Made by a program: the position numbers and the translations under genes
Notes under the pieces: model-generated
What the model was told of the DNA's origin: nothing
Databases searched by the model: none
What the model saw: the letters and a program-made list of their open reading frames with translations, nothing else
Part shown: one piece after another, positions 53,992 to 64,000 of the stretch
Layout of the letters: the number at the start of each line of letters is the position of its first letter
How positions within the stretch are numbered: position 1 is the stretch's first letter
Origin: an uncultured Bacillales bacterium
GTDB lineage: Bacteria; Bacillota_I; Bacilli_A; RF39; UBA660
DNA length: 64,000 nucleotides
Assembly: GCA_948442255.1 (NCBI GenBank)
Contig: CAOJRT010000003.1
Coordinates: 6,315 to 70,314 of the forward strand
Reading direction: 5' to 3'

Positions 53992-54469
53992 TTATATAAT
54001 TCCTTTTATCGTTTTGTTTATTATAAGTTATGGTTTTTTTAAAAAGTGTGATATATATGATCGTTTTATTGCAGGAGCTTTTGATGGATTAAAAATAGTT
54101 TTAGATATTATTCCAGCTATACTTGCTATGATTTTGGCTGTTAATATTTTTGTTGATAGTGGATTGCTTTTAGATTTGTTTAAAGGGAGTAAATATGCTG
54201 AAATATTTCCTATGATTTTTTTACGCCCTATTAGTGGAAATGCTGCTTTAGCTTATTTGAGCCAAGTGTATGCCACGCATGGTCCTGACTCTTTTCTAGG
54301 TTTTTTAGCTAGTATTATCCAAGGAGCAACAGATACAACAATTTATGTGTTAGCTTTATATTTTAGCAGTATAAAAATAAAAAATAGCCGATATGCATTA
54401 TGGGTAGGATTGGCAGCAGACTTTTTTGGAATATTAGCAGCATTCATTGTCGTTCATTTCTTTTTTTGA
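53981..54469 (+). CDS. spmB: spore maturation protein B
   Basis: Overlaps spmA by 11 nt. Polytopic, with RPISGNAAL-type motif. Confidence 0.8.
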   Translation: MLNNYIIPFIVLFIISYGFFKKCDIYDRFIAGAFDGLKIVLDIIPAILAMILAVNIFVDSGLLLDLFKGSKYAEIFPMIFLRPISGNAALAYLSQVYATHGPDSFLGFLASIIQGATDTTIYVLALYFSSIKIKNSRYALWVGLAADFFGILAAFIVVHFFF

Positions 54470-54484
54470 TATACTTATAAAGAG

Positions 54485-54988
54485 ATGATGAAAATGAAGG
54501 TAAAGAAAAGAATTTGTAAAATTTGCGGAAAAGAAAATGAAAAAGACGTTACGTCGTGTGTTTTTTGTAAAACATCGTTTGATACCCGAAAAAGTTGTCC
54601 ACGTTGTGCTAAACGAAATTTTTTAAGTAATGAGAAATGTGATAATTGCGGTTTTTCTTTTACTAGAAAAAGTATGGGTTTGGTAAGAAATTTTCTTCTT
54701 TCTTTTTTCCTTGTTTTTGTTTTGTATCTTTTTTTATTTTTGCATAAAGAAAGAATGGTTGAACATATTACGCTCGGATTAAAAATAGGGGCTTTATTTT
54801 TGTTTATTAGTGTTCTTCTTTCAACCTTTACTTATGGAAAAAAAGAAAAAATACGTTATAGCGCTGAAGAAGAAATGATAAGTAAAAATTTACGTTTTTT
54901 TAAAGTATTTAGTCGGGTTGTTTTTGTTATTGGTCTTTTTCTTGCTATTGGCTTTTTACTTTATTTTATTTTAAAGGATATTTTATAG
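54485..54988 (+). CDS. double zinc-ribbon membrane protein
   Basis: CKICG...CVFC and CPRC...CDNCG pairs, followed by three TM helices. Confidence 0.55.
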   Translation: MMKMKVKKRICKICGKENEKDVTSCVFCKTSFDTRKSCPRCAKRNFLSNEKCDNCGFSFTRKSMGLVRNFLLSFFLVFVLYLFLFLHKERMVEHITLGLKIGALFLFISVLLSTFTYGKKEKIRYSAEEEMISKNLRFFKVFSRVVFVIGLFLAIGFLLYFILKDIL

Positions 54989-55064
54989 AAAGTAAGTTAA
55001 GAGGAATCTGATTCGCTGTTTCTCTTTTTTTCTTTCTATAGTATAATGGAACTTAGGTGATTTT

Positions 55065-55781
55065 ATGGATCGATTACAAAAGGCGATTGCTGCAAGTGGA
55101 TATTGTTCAAGAAGAAGAGCAGAAGGACTGATAGAAGAAGGTAAAGTTAAAGTTAATGGAGTATCGGTGAAACAATTAGGAACAAAAGTAGAAACAGAAG
55201 ATATTATTGAAGTGAACGGAGAGGTTATTACTAAACAACAAAAAAAGGTTTATTATTTACTTAATAAACCTAGCGGCTATATTTGTAGTTTGAAAGATGA
55301 GAAAGGAAGAAAAGTAGTTACGGACTTAGTTGATACGAAGCTGCGTATTTATCCGATTGGTAGATTAGATTATGATACAACAGGATTACTTCTTTTGACC
55401 AATGATGGAGAGTTTGCTAATTTACTTATGCATCCTTCTAATGAAGTAGAAAAAATTTATAGAGCAACGGTTGAAGGTATTCTTACAGGTGAGGAGATTT
55501 ATTCTTTAAAAAAAGGGATTTTTATTGATGGGAGAAAAGTAGTGCCTTCTCGTTTTAAAGTAAAATCAAAAAATACAAATAAACAAACTTCTATTGTTGA
55601 AATCGGTATCGTGGAAGGAAGAAATCATATTGTTAAGAGAGTCTTTTTGGAATTAGGACATCCTGTTTTAAAATTAAAAAGAGAAAGATATGCTTTTTTA
55701 CATGTTGCAGATTTAAAAATAGGGGAATATCGTTCTCTTACAATAAAAGAAATCCGTAAATTCTATGAGTTAAAAAAATAA
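55065..55781 (+). CDS. rluB: 23S rRNA pseudouridine synthase RluB/RsuA family
   Basis: S4 domain (RLQKAIAASGYCSRRRAEGLIEEGKVKVNG) and catalytic GRLDYDTTGLLLLTNDG. Confidence 0.85.
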   Translation: MDRLQKAIAASGYCSRRRAEGLIEEGKVKVNGVSVKQLGTKVETEDIIEVNGEVITKQQKKVYYLLNKPSGYICSLKDEKGRKVVTDLVDTKLRIYPIGRLDYDTTGLLLLTNDGEFANLLMHPSNEVEKIYRATVEGILTGEEIYSLKKGIFIDGRKVVPSRFKVKSKNTNKQTSIVEIGIVEGRNHIVKRVFLELGHPVLKLKRERYAFLHVADLKIGEYRSLTIKEIRKFYELKK

Positions 55782-55801
55782 GAGTTCTTGGTGGAACTCT
55801 T

Positions 55802-56092
55802 TTATGCTGTTGCTAATATTTCGTCTGTGTTTTCTGCTTCTGTATTGTCGACTTCCTTATGTTCTTCTTTTTGACAAGTACAGTTAGGGCAATTTTCACA
55901 TTCTGCTTCGGCTATATAGATTGCTCCTACTGGGCAAGCATCAATTGCTTCTTTCACTGGTTCTGTGTCTAAATTTTCTTGTGAAATTACTATTGAAGTT
56001 CCTAAGTTGTTATCAAAATCAAAATGTTCACTATCTATAGCACAACAAGCGCCACATCCAATGCATTTTTCATCAACTACTAATTTTTGCAT
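55802..56092 (-). CDS. 4Fe-4S ferredoxin with Cys-rich acidic C-terminal extension
   Basis: CIGCGACC ... ACPVGAI cluster ligands. ATG at 56092 (MQKLVVDEK) follows AGGAGGAA. Confidence 0.8.
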   Translation of the reverse strand: MQKLVVDEKCIGCGACCAIDSEHFDFDNNLGTSIVISQENLDTEPVKEAIDACPVGAIYIAEAECENCPNCTCQKEEHKEVDNTEAENTDEILATA

Positions 56093-56206
56093 TATATATT
56101 CCTCCTTTTTTCCTTTTTTATTATACACGTGTAAAAGAAATAAATAAAGTATTTTCAAAAATCTTTAATATATGATATTATATATATGATAAGGAGGAGC
56201 AAGTTT

Positions 56207-57307
56207 ATGCAGTCAAGAATGGATAGATATAATACTATTGTTCCAAAAGATAAAGAAGCTTCTCAGCAGAAAGAAGTAAGGAAAATAGGTGCTAGTAGAC
56301 AGCAAAAGAATCAAGATTTGTATAAAGAAGTTAGTAATACAGAAATTGAACACTTTGATATTAATAATAATGTTTCTATTATAGGAGATAATGCAGATAA
56401 CATTGATATTGATCAAGTTCGTGATATTCTTGATCGTCGTTATAAAACGAATGCTCCTAAAAATAAAAGCATTGGAACTGCTGTTCAGGAAGATGTAGTT
56501 CCTATTCGTTTGGATGAGACAAGAGAGTATGATTTAAATACTGTTCTTAAGCAAGCCAAATCCTCAAAAGAAATTAATTATGAAGAAGATCGTTTGCGTA
56601 AATTACATAATACCCAATATGATATATTGATGAAACTTGATATCAAAAAAGAGGAAGATGTCCAAAAAAAGGCGAATGATATTAAAGAATTTGATGTAAG
56701 TCATATGACAATCGAAGAAGCAGAAAGTATAACGAGTGTGAATGAGATACCAGAAGAAGATTTGAAAAAAGCGTCTCAAAATGTTAAACCAAGCGAAAAA
56801 AAATTATTGGATTTGATTGATACTATTACTTCAAAAGAAGCTTTGATTTCAAAAGAAGATTATCCGTTTGATGAAGAAGACGATGCTACAGCATTAGATC
56901 CACTTGATTTATTAAGCGATTTAAGGGGGAATGAGGACACTCGCGTTTTAGGTGCTGCCGAGATTACGGCTGCGCTTACAGCAGTAGAAGAAACAGAGGA
57001 TACTGTGCCTATTCCACAAGAAGAAGATCGTAACGATAAAGATAGTGTTTCAATAGATAAGACCTTTTCTCGTAGTAACAATAGAGAAAATTTACAAGAA
57101 AATATTGATAGCACCAAAACAGACAATCTTCATTTAACTCACAATCAAATGTTTAAAACGAATGATTTTGAAGAATTTAAAGATATTAAAGATGATATGA
57201 AAGTAACTAAAATATTAATCAAAATACTCATTGTGATTATTGTACTTGTTTTTATATTTGGGATTGTAATGGTTGTAAATAAATATTTGCATTTAGGACT
57301 ATTTTAA
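56207..57307 (+). CDS. hypothetical acidic protein with C-terminal TM anchor
   Basis: AAGGAGGAG RBS before the ATG at 56207. Terminal ILIKILIVIIVLVFIFGIVMVV helix. Confidence 0.55.
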   Translation: MQSRMDRYNTIVPKDKEASQQKEVRKIGASRQQKNQDLYKEVSNTEIEHFDINNNVSIIGDNADNIDIDQVRDILDRRYKTNAPKNKSIGTAVQEDVVPIRLDETREYDLNTVLKQAKSSKEINYEEDRLRKLHNTQYDILMKLDIKKEEDVQKKANDIKEFDVSHMTIEEAESITSVNEIPEEDLKKASQNVKPSEKKLLDLIDTITSKEALISKEDYPFDEEDDATALDPLDLLSDLRGNEDTRVLGAAEITAALTAVEETEDTVPIPQEEDRNDKDSVSIDKTFSRSNNRENLQENIDSTKTDNLHLTHNQMFKTNDFEEFKDIKDDMKVTKILIKILIVIIVLVFIFGIVMVVNKYLHLGLF

Positions 57308-57337
57308 TAATAGTTCTTTTTTTTCATATAATGTATT

Positions 57338-58015
57338 ATGAAATTGAGAAAAGTAAAAAAATACAATGGCTTATGGATTCTTGTTCTTATTTTGGTAAAT
57401 AGTCTTTTTTTAGTAAACGTTATAGGGAAAAAGGCAACGGCGAATATAGATTCACTCGTTATAAAAACAGTAAATCAAAATACATATGATTATATTTTTC
57501 ATGCAATAACAAAGGAAGTTATGTCTCAAGAGGAAATCAATCAATTTATTTATTTTAACAAAAATAAGGAGGAAGAAATCGAGTCCATAGAATATCGTTT
57601 GGATGTAGCTTATGCTTATTTAGACAATATTGTTGTCAAATTATATGATCAAATTAATCAGTTAAAAATAGATAGTATTTATTATAATCAAGAAAAAAAT
57701 GTTTTCTTTTTACCTGTAGGTTATTTCCATAATAATATATTTTTTAGTCATTTGGGATCGAAGGTACCTTGTAAAGTTGAATTACTTAGTAATGTAAAAA
57801 TTTCTTTTAAAACTAAAGTTCGAGATTATGGGATTAATACTTTGTTAATTGAATTTTATTTAAATGTGGAAACCATCCATACTATTATTAACCCTTTGAG
57901 TCAAGATTTTGGTGAGCAATACGAAATCTTGTTATCTTCTAAAATCGTGAATGGAAAAATACCAACTTATTATGGAGGTGTAATAGAAAAAAATAGTCAA
58001 ATTGTAACTGGTTAA
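57338..58015 (+). CDS. yunB: sporulation protein YunB
   Basis: N-terminal TM helix. LPVGYF...GSKVPCKVELLSNVKISFKTKVRDYGINTLLIEFYLNVE matches the YunB core pattern. Confidence 0.7.
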   Translation: MKLRKVKKYNGLWILVLILVNSLFLVNVIGKKATANIDSLVIKTVNQNTYDYIFHAITKEVMSQEEINQFIYFNKNKEEEIESIEYRLDVAYAYLDNIVVKLYDQINQLKIDSIYYNQEKNVFFLPVGYFHNNIFFSHLGSKVPCKVELLSNVKISFKTKVRDYGINTLLIEFYLNVETIHTIINPLSQDFGEQYEILLSSKIVNGKIPTYYGGVIEKNSQIVTG

Positions 58016-58062
58016 TTTTTGGAAACTATGTTACTATTATTTTATCTAGAGGTGAAGAAAAA

Positions 58063-58341
58063 GTGAAAGAAATTTTAATCAATGATGCAAAGTATGAAAT
58101 AATTGAGAATTATAATGACGCGATTGTTATTGATGTTTTGAAAGAAAAAATTACGGATTATTATGATGAATTCGACTTTATTGTTGGAGATTGGGCTTAT
58201 GGGAAAGTTCGTCTTAAAGGTTTTTTTTCTAGTAACAATCCTAAATGTAAGAATTATAACGATATCGCCTCTTTGCAAGACTATATTCAAAATAATTGTG
58301 CTTATGGATGTAAGTGGTTTCAAATTAAGAAAAAAGTATAG
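58063..58341 (+). CDS. yutD: YutD-like protein (DUF1027)
   Basis: GTG start after GAGGTGAAG. YEIIENYNDA...FDFIVGDWAYGKVRLKGFF is the YutD signature. Confidence 0.7.
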   Translation: MKEILINDAKYEIIENYNDAIVIDVLKEKITDYYDEFDFIVGDWAYGKVRLKGFFSSNNPKCKNYNDIASLQDYIQNNCAYGCKWFQIKKKV

Positions 58342-58505
58342 TAACCTTTTTACATACTTAGATGGGCTAATAGGAAAGTTAGATAAAAGAAGCAAAATAG
58401 CCATAAAATGTGATGATATTAGGAGAATGTTTTCTTTTCGAAAAAAGGAATTGAAAACCTTTTTTTTCTTTGTTATAATAATCTATAGAATAGAGAGGGA
58501 TTGCT

Positions 58506-59771
58506 ATGCCAGAAAAGATATCAATCTTAAAGGAATCTGGTGAAGTGTTGAATTCTAATATAGTTTCAATTTTTTCCATTCCAGAATCAGAAAAAAAATA
58601 TATAATTACTACAGAAAATGCTGTGGATCCTCATGGGCTTACTGTTTTTCATGTGAGTGAAATAGTAGGTGATGAGTTAGTAAAAGTGTCTACAGATGAA
58701 GAGTGGTCAGCTATAAAAACGATTATGCGTTCTATTATTTCAGGAAGTGTAGGTTCTTTTCAGTATCAACCTTTGATAGAAAAAGCAAATGTTAAAGGGC
58801 AATATTCTAGAGATATTTCGGTTAGTTCTTCAGCTGCTAAGCAAATGACAGATAATTATAATAATGCTTTGAAAACTATGAAGGAACAAATTGTTTCGGT
58901 GCCTGTGAATACTCCCTCTGTTTCTGTGTCCAATTCTATTTTTCCTACAGATACTGTGCAGCCTACTGAGGAAAATGAGGTTATTCCAGGTATCGCTGAA
59001 GTGTCTACAGATGAAAATTCTACGCCTACAGAAGGAGGTATTTCCCCTGTTAGCAATACTTTTTATAATACAGGATTAAGTAATGAAGTGAATTTGTCCA
59101 ATGTAGATTCGTCTAATCTTAATGTAGTTAGTGTAGCGACACCAGTACCAAATGCAGCGCTTGATCAGGGTAATATTCCTGCGCCTGTAAATGTTGTACA
59201 AGCTGGAGAGACTAGTACTGAAGGAAGCTCTATTTCTAATTTGCCTGTTGTTGATGAGGTATCAACAGTTTCCTCAATAGAACCTGTACAAATAGGCAGT
59301 CAAAACGATGAAATGGCAACTAATATATCTCCCTCTAATCTGGTTGGTGAAGTGTATTCAGAAGATATTTCAAATAAAGATTTGCGAATATCTCCAGTAG
59401 AACCTGTTAATGTGGAAGTTCAGCTTTCGCGTGAAGTTTCTCCCATTGTACCAGAAGCACAAATTGCACAATCATATAGTAATGTAGTGAATTTAAGTTT
59501 GGGAGATATTAGTAGAGCTTCCAATGTGGAAGAAATTGTTCAAATAGTGAGTGGTGCTTTTTCAGAAAGTCTTCGTACTATATTGAATGTTGCAATGGAA
59601 ATGCGTACTGATTTGTCTCAAAAGGAAAAGATTTTAAATGAGCGTGAGGCAACTATCAATCAGCGCGAAAAGATGATAAATGATCAGTTGATGGTTATGA
59701 TGAATAATTTTTCTACTATGAAGCAAGCCAGTTCGCCGCAGGATGATACTGGAGCAAAGCCTGTTGCTTAG
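58506..59771 (+). CDS. hypothetical protein: small N-terminal domain, S/T/V/P-rich linker, C-terminal coiled coil
   Basis: AGAGAGGGA RBS. No TM segment and no catalytic motif seen. Confidence 0.55.
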   Translation: MPEKISILKESGEVLNSNIVSIFSIPESEKKYIITTENAVDPHGLTVFHVSEIVGDELVKVSTDEEWSAIKTIMRSIISGSVGSFQYQPLIEKANVKGQYSRDISVSSSAAKQMTDNYNNALKTMKEQIVSVPVNTPSVSVSNSIFPTDTVQPTEENEVIPGIAEVSTDENSTPTEGGISPVSNTFYNTGLSNEVNLSNVDSSNLNVVSVATPVPNAALDQGNIPAPVNVVQAGETSTEGSSISNLPVVDEVSTVSSIEPVQIGSQNDEMATNISPSNLVGEVYSEDISNKDLRISPVEPVNVEVQLSREVSPIVPEAQIAQSYSNVVNLSLGDISRASNVEEIVQIVSGAFSESLRTILNVAMEMRTDLSQKEKILNEREATINQREKMINDQLMVMMNNFSTMKQASSPQDDTGAKPVA

Positions 59772-59829
59772 ATTTTATATATAAAAGAAACTTCATGAAT
59801 ATCATGAGTTTTTTTTCATATATTTTAGT

Positions 59830-60705
59830 ATGAAAATGTTAGATATAGAAGAATTAAAAAAATTGGTATATGCTAATTATCAAATGCAAATCGATTCTTA
59901 CAAGGAAATATCGGAAGGGTATGTTTTTTTTAATAATGATGTATGTTATTATTTTGTTCCTTCTGTTTTTGATGTTTCTTATTTACAAATGGTATATGAA
60001 ATTCAAAAAGAAGCGACTAAAAAGGGAGTTCGTTGTCATGAATTCGTTTTAAATAGTAAAGGTGGGCTTGTTTCGGAGCATTATATTTTATTTAAGCTGA
60101 ATACACTTATTGATGAGATTACTTTTGATGATATTCGAGCGTTTAGTATTTCAGTCGATTCCTCTTTTATCAAAGAGTATGTTAGTATGCCTGATTTTTG
60201 GCGAAAAAAAATAGATTATTTGGAGTTTCAATTATCAGAACTTTCTTCTAGCATTTTGATTAATAACAGTTTTGATTATTATTTGGGGGTTGCAGAAATT
60301 ATTTTAAAATATTTGCACGAAATTCCAGATGACAAAGGTGTTTTATGCTTAAGTCACAAAGAATTTAAAAGTTTAAATAGTTTAGATTTTTATAATCCGC
60401 TTTATTTTACTTTTGACTATTATTTGAGAGATGTTGCTTATTTTATTAAATTTACTAATGATTTTGAGCTTTTATATTCTATTCTAGATACCTATTCTTT
60501 TCGGCCTTATGAATATGCCTATTTCTTTTCTAGAATGTGTTTTCCTTTTTTTTATTTTAATTTACTTTCTGAAGTTTTACTTAATGAAAAAAATGAAAAA
60601 CAGCTTGGTAAATATATTTTGCAGAACAAAGAGTATGAGAATTTTTTATTTCACATGGAGAAAATTTTTGGGGTTTATATATTTTCGTGGTTAGAATTTA
60701 AATAG
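59830..60705 (+). CDS. hypothetical protein, possibly CotS/YutH-like coat-associated kinase-fold protein
   Basis: Assignment rests mainly on synteny (between yutD and the yutI-like NifU gene, as in B. subtilis) and on size. Motifs were not verified. Confidence 0.35.
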   Translation: MKMLDIEELKKLVYANYQMQIDSYKEISEGYVFFNNDVCYYFVPSVFDVSYLQMVYEIQKEATKKGVRCHEFVLNSKGGLVSEHYILFKLNTLIDEITFDDIRAFSISVDSSFIKEYVSMPDFWRKKIDYLEFQLSELSSSILINNSFDYYLGVAEIILKYLHEIPDDKGVLCLSHKEFKSLNSLDFYNPLYFTFDYYLRDVAYFIKFTNDFELLYSILDTYSFRPYEYAYFFSRMCFPFFYFNLLSEVLLNEKNEKQLGKYILQNKEYENFLFHMEKIFGVYIFSWLEFK

Positions 60706-60838
60706 AAAAATAGATGGAAAATATTTTATCTTGATAATGAGCAAGATTGGGAGTTAGTGTGGAGTGGACTATAAAATAAAACAAAGGAAACTAAGAGCGA
60801 GGAGAGATAAAAAATTTGTAAATGCTAAAAAAAAATCA

Positions 60839-61120
60839 TTAAAGCTCTACGTTAATGACGCCTTCAATTTCGGGGACTTCCGCTTTTATACTTTCATATA
60901 AACCATTTTTGATTGTTTCATCAGAGAATAAACAAGCTTGGCAGGCACCAGTTAATTTTACATAGACGATTTTATCCACATAGCTTATAAATTCTACGTC
61001 TCCGCCATCCATGTTGAGATAGGGGCGTAATGTCGCTAAAACGTCTTTTATCTTTTGAATGTCGTTATTGGCATTTGAACTTGTATTTTTTTTGTTATTC
61101 ATCTGAATCACCTTAATCAT
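60839..61120 (-). CDS. NifU-like Fe-S cluster carrier (YutI/Nfu type)
   Basis: LRPYLNMDGGDVEFI ... LTGACQAC motif. Confidence 0.85.
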   Translation of the reverse strand: MIKVIQMNNKKNTSSNANNDIQKIKDVLATLRPYLNMDGGDVEFISYVDKIVYVKLTGACQACLFSDETIKNGLYESIKAEVPEIEGVINVEL

Positions 61121-61189
61121 TATAACTTAATTTCTATTTTGTGTAAATATTAGGTTATGGTATAATTCTTGTGTGAGGAGAACGAAAAA

Positions 61190-61528
61190 ATGTATAAAAA
61201 AGGTGATATTATAACAGTGAGAGTTACTGGTATAGAAGATTATGGAATCTTTGTTATGATAGATGACACATTTACAGGTTTGATACATATATCTGAAATT
61301 TCTGATAAGTTTGTTCGGAATATAAATGATTATGTCGGTATCGATGAACAAATTTATGCTTATGTTATTTCTTGTGATGATGTTGAAAAAAAAGTTAAGT
61401 TATCTATAAAAAATTTAGATTATAAGATGGATGGGAGTTGTAATCCTGATAAGTTGGATGGCTTTCGTGCTTTACGTGAACAGTTGCCTAAATGGGTAAA
61501 TGATTATAAAAAAGAGAATCGAGAGTGA
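61190..61528 (+). CDS. S1 RNA-binding domain protein (YugI/GSP13-like)
   Basis: KKGDIITVRVTGIEDYGIFVMIDDTFTGLIHISEIS. GAGGAG RBS before the ATG at 61190. Confidence 0.8.
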   Translation: MYKKGDIITVRVTGIEDYGIFVMIDDTFTGLIHISEISDKFVRNINDYVGIDEQIYAYVISCDDVEKKVKLSIKNLDYKMDGSCNPDKLDGFRALREQLPKWVNDYKKENRE

Positions 61529-61537
61529 TTCTTTTTT
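61515..61537 (+). terminator. rho-independent terminator
   Basis: AGAATC-GAGAGT-GATTCT + T5, overlapping the stop codon. Confidence 0.55.
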
Positions 61538-61591
61538 CAGCGTTTAAGATTGAAAGCTATAATTATAATTTTGACAAATTTCCAAAATAAA

Positions 61592-61612
61592 AAAGGATTT
61601 TAATTATCCTTT
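61592..61612. terminator. hairpin downstream of tRNA-Leu (minus strand)
   Basis: AAAGGAT-TTTAATT-ATCCTTT. On the minus strand it is followed by a T-run. Confidence 0.5.
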
Positions 61613-61623
61613 AAATTTAACAA

Positions 61624-61712
61624 TGGTGCCCAAGGCCGGACTTGAACCGGCACGAGGGTTAAATCTCGCAGGATTTTAAGTCCTGTGCGTCTACCTATTC
61701 CGCCACTTGGGC
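61624..61712 (-). tRNA. tRNA-Leu (anticodon UAA), type II with long variable arm, CCA encoded
   Basis: Reverse complement GCCCAAG...CUUAAAA anticodon loop...GCCGG-TTCAAGT-CCGGC-CTTGGGC-A-CCA folds as a cloverleaf. Confidence 0.9.
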
Positions 61713-61740
61713 AAGCACCTGTCCTTTGTAAGACTTCTTA

Positions 61741-61769
61741 AGTATATCGCTTTTTAATTATATTTGCAA
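61741..61769 (-). promoter_or_regulatory. candidate promoter of tRNA-Leu
   Basis: On the minus strand: TTGCAA-17 nt-TATACT, about 25 nt upstream of the mature 5' end. Confidence 0.5.
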
Positions 61770-62436
61770 GTCTTTTTCTCTTATTTCTATTTTTCTTTAA
61801 AAAATGATAAAGATTTATTCTAATATTTTTACAAAGTTAGTGTTTTACGTAAATTTTATTGTAAATTTAGTTTTTAAACTTATTGCAGTTTTTATTTTCT
61901 TGTTGGGTATTTGATATTTTATTAATTTTTCTCTAAAAAGAATGCCAAATAGTTCTTTTATATATACTTCTATGAAAGTTTCTTTAGACGGAGTTTCGTC
62001 TAAAGATTTAATCGACATATCTAAAAGTTAAATTTGATAACATCTTTTTTTTAAATATTTATCTGCAGAATGCCTATTTGGAACATACTTTCTAATTTGT
62101 TTGTTAATATTTTATACATTAAATTTTTAATTAAAATATAAGGATTACAAAATAATAATATACATTTTTCTTCTACAGTATTTTTTGAAAAACAATTACC
62201 CCAAATATCATAAAACGAGGTTCTATGTCGGTTATAAAAACTGGGATAATTTACTGAAAACGCTCAATGTCAGTAGTAAGTTTATTGTTATATGTTTCTC
62301 TTTTCCATTATTTGCTTTCTTTCATTAAATTATAAGGAAGTAAATTTATTATAATCATACTTATTTCAGGTTTTTATACTTAAAACGAAATTTCAAAAAA
62401 TAATCTGCAGAAATTAATGTTTCATAGAGATTTATG

Positions 62437-62466
62437 TTGACATCTATTTTTTATATATGCTATAAT
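62437..62466 (+). promoter_or_regulatory. promoter of the tRNA operon
   Basis: TTGACA-18 nt-TATAAT with extended TGC (TGnTATAAT), about 30 nt upstream of tRNA-Ser. Confidence 0.65.
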
Positions 62467-62494
62467 CAATTTGTCGCTGAAGAAAGTTGACATT

Positions 62495-62587
62495 GGAGGA
62501 ATACCCAAGTCTGGTTGAAGGGACCGGTCTTGAAAACCGGAAGGTCGTGTGAGCGGCGCAGGGGTTCGAATCCCTTTTCCTCCGCCA
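62495..62587 (+). tRNA. tRNA-Ser (anticodon UGA), type II, CCA encoded
   Basis: GGAGGAA/TTCCTCC acceptor stem, CUUGAAA anticodon loop, long variable arm, GGTTCGAATCC T-arm. Confidence 0.9.
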
Positions 62588-62596
62588 TTAGTTTAT

Positions 62597-62673
62597 CGCG
62601 GGATAGAGCAGCCTGGTAGCTCGTTGGGCTCATAACCCAGAGGTCGTTGGTTCAAATCCATCTCCCGCAACCA
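62597..62673 (+). tRNA. initiator tRNA-fMet (anticodon CAU)
   Basis: C1-A72 mismatch and three G-C pairs closing the anticodon stem (GGG/CCC) around CUCAUAA. One U-U mismatch in the T-stem. Confidence 0.85.
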
Positions 62674-62677
62674 TGAT

Positions 62678-62754
62678 GGTCCGTTAGTCTAGAGGCCTAT
62701 GACGTCTGCCTGTCACGCAGAAGACCACGGGTTCGAATCCCGTACGGACCGCCA
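62678..62754 (+). tRNA. tRNA-Asp (anticodon GUC)
   Basis: GGTCCGT/ACGGACC acceptor stem, CUGUCAC anticodon loop, ACGGG-TTCGAAT-CCCGT T-arm, CCA encoded. Confidence 0.9.
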
Positions 62755-62760
62755 TTATAT

Positions 62761-62836
<76 letters not shown>

Positions 62837-62934
62837 GATTGATAGGAAACTCGAACTTTTTATTCGAGAGTAATAAATATTAACTAGAAGTACCGTCTAG
62901 TTTTTTTGTTATTTGAGAATGGAAGTGATGAGTT

Positions 62935-63201
62935 ATGAAGGAAGTTAAGGAATTAGAATTTGATAAGGAAGTCTTAAAAAGGATTGAAATGATATGTAGA
63001 TTTGCTTGTGTTAAACCTATTATTAAACAAGGAAGTATTATCAATATCAAAGGAACTAACATTGCTTATGTAAATCCACATATTATAACAGTGGGAAAGA
63101 ATAATTATTTAATCTTTAATGGAAGTGATACTTTATTTATAAATGATTATTCTAAGAGTATTAAATTAAAGGATTTGGAAGTTCATATTAAAACAAATTA
63201 A
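62935..63201 (+). CDS. hypothetical protein (88 aa) between the tRNA operon and the recombinase
   Basis: ORF with a GGAAGTGATGAG-type RBS region. No motif recognised. Confidence 0.4.
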   Translation: MKEVKELEFDKEVLKRIEMICRFACVKPIIKQGSIINIKGTNIAYVNPHIITVGKNNYLIFNGSDTLFINDYSKSIKLKDLEVHIKTN

Positions 63202-63309
63202 TTGTTTTAAAACTAGGCGTGCAAAAAGGAAGTACAATACTTGAGGTTAAAAGTATGGTCTTTTTGTACTTTTAATCTCTCTAAAAAAATAAGAAAAAAG
63301 GAGAGATGA

Positions 63310-64000
<691 letters not shown>

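Noticed and set aside
58075-58579. Overlapping ORFs around yutD (58075-58404 minus, 58163-58543 plus, 58379-58579 minus)
   Set aside because: The YutD signature lies in the 58063-58341 frame. The others lack RBS elements and recognisable features.
61845-62018. 57-aa minus-strand ORF (MSIKSLDETPSKETFIEVYIKELFG...) in the ORF-free region
   Set aside because: It has no RBS and no recognisable family, and the surrounding frames are broken. I treat it as a possible gene remnant only.

Overview
AT-rich 64-kb chromosomal window from an endospore-forming, low-GC Bacillota-type organism; I cannot assign the lineage from sequence alone. Sporulation markers are Cse60, a CotY/CotZ-like coat protein, an FtsW/RodA/SpoVE-family protein, dacB-spmA-spmB, YunB and YutD. 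The yunB-yutD-(yutH-like)-nifU-like and dacB-spmA-spmB-rluB gene orders mirror Bacillus subtilis synteny. Housekeeping genes include trmB, tyrS with a T-box leader, trpS, uppP, rmuC, rluB, a ferredoxin, an S1-domain protein and five tRNAs (Leu on the minus strand; Ser-fMet-Asp-Phe as an operon). The standout is one about 26-kb, same-strand locus (21.2-47.5 kb). It joins a Tad/Flp-type pilus module to a Gram-positive conjugation-type T4SS module. The Tad module has CpaB-like, CpaF/TadA, TadB/TadC-like and TadZ-like genes plus five pilin-like genes, including a tandemly duplicated major pilin. The T4SS module has two VirB2-like hairpin proteins, VirB6-like, VirB3/PrgI-like, a VirB4 split into two ORFs, a SpoIID+NlpC/P60 wall hydrolase and a VirD4-type coupling protein. 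A giant 1892-aa Cys-rich secreted protein sits at the 5' end of the locus. I see no relaxase, integrase, replication or partition genes in or next to the locus, and its flanks are core genes. I therefore flag it as a candidate novel or domesticated pilus-plus-translocon machine. At the right edge, a large serine recombinase gene starts just after the tRNA operon and runs out of the window, probably marking the start of a separate mobile element. No CRISPR array, rRNA gene or recognisable IS element was seen. All functional calls come from motif and topology recognition by eye, with no database search.
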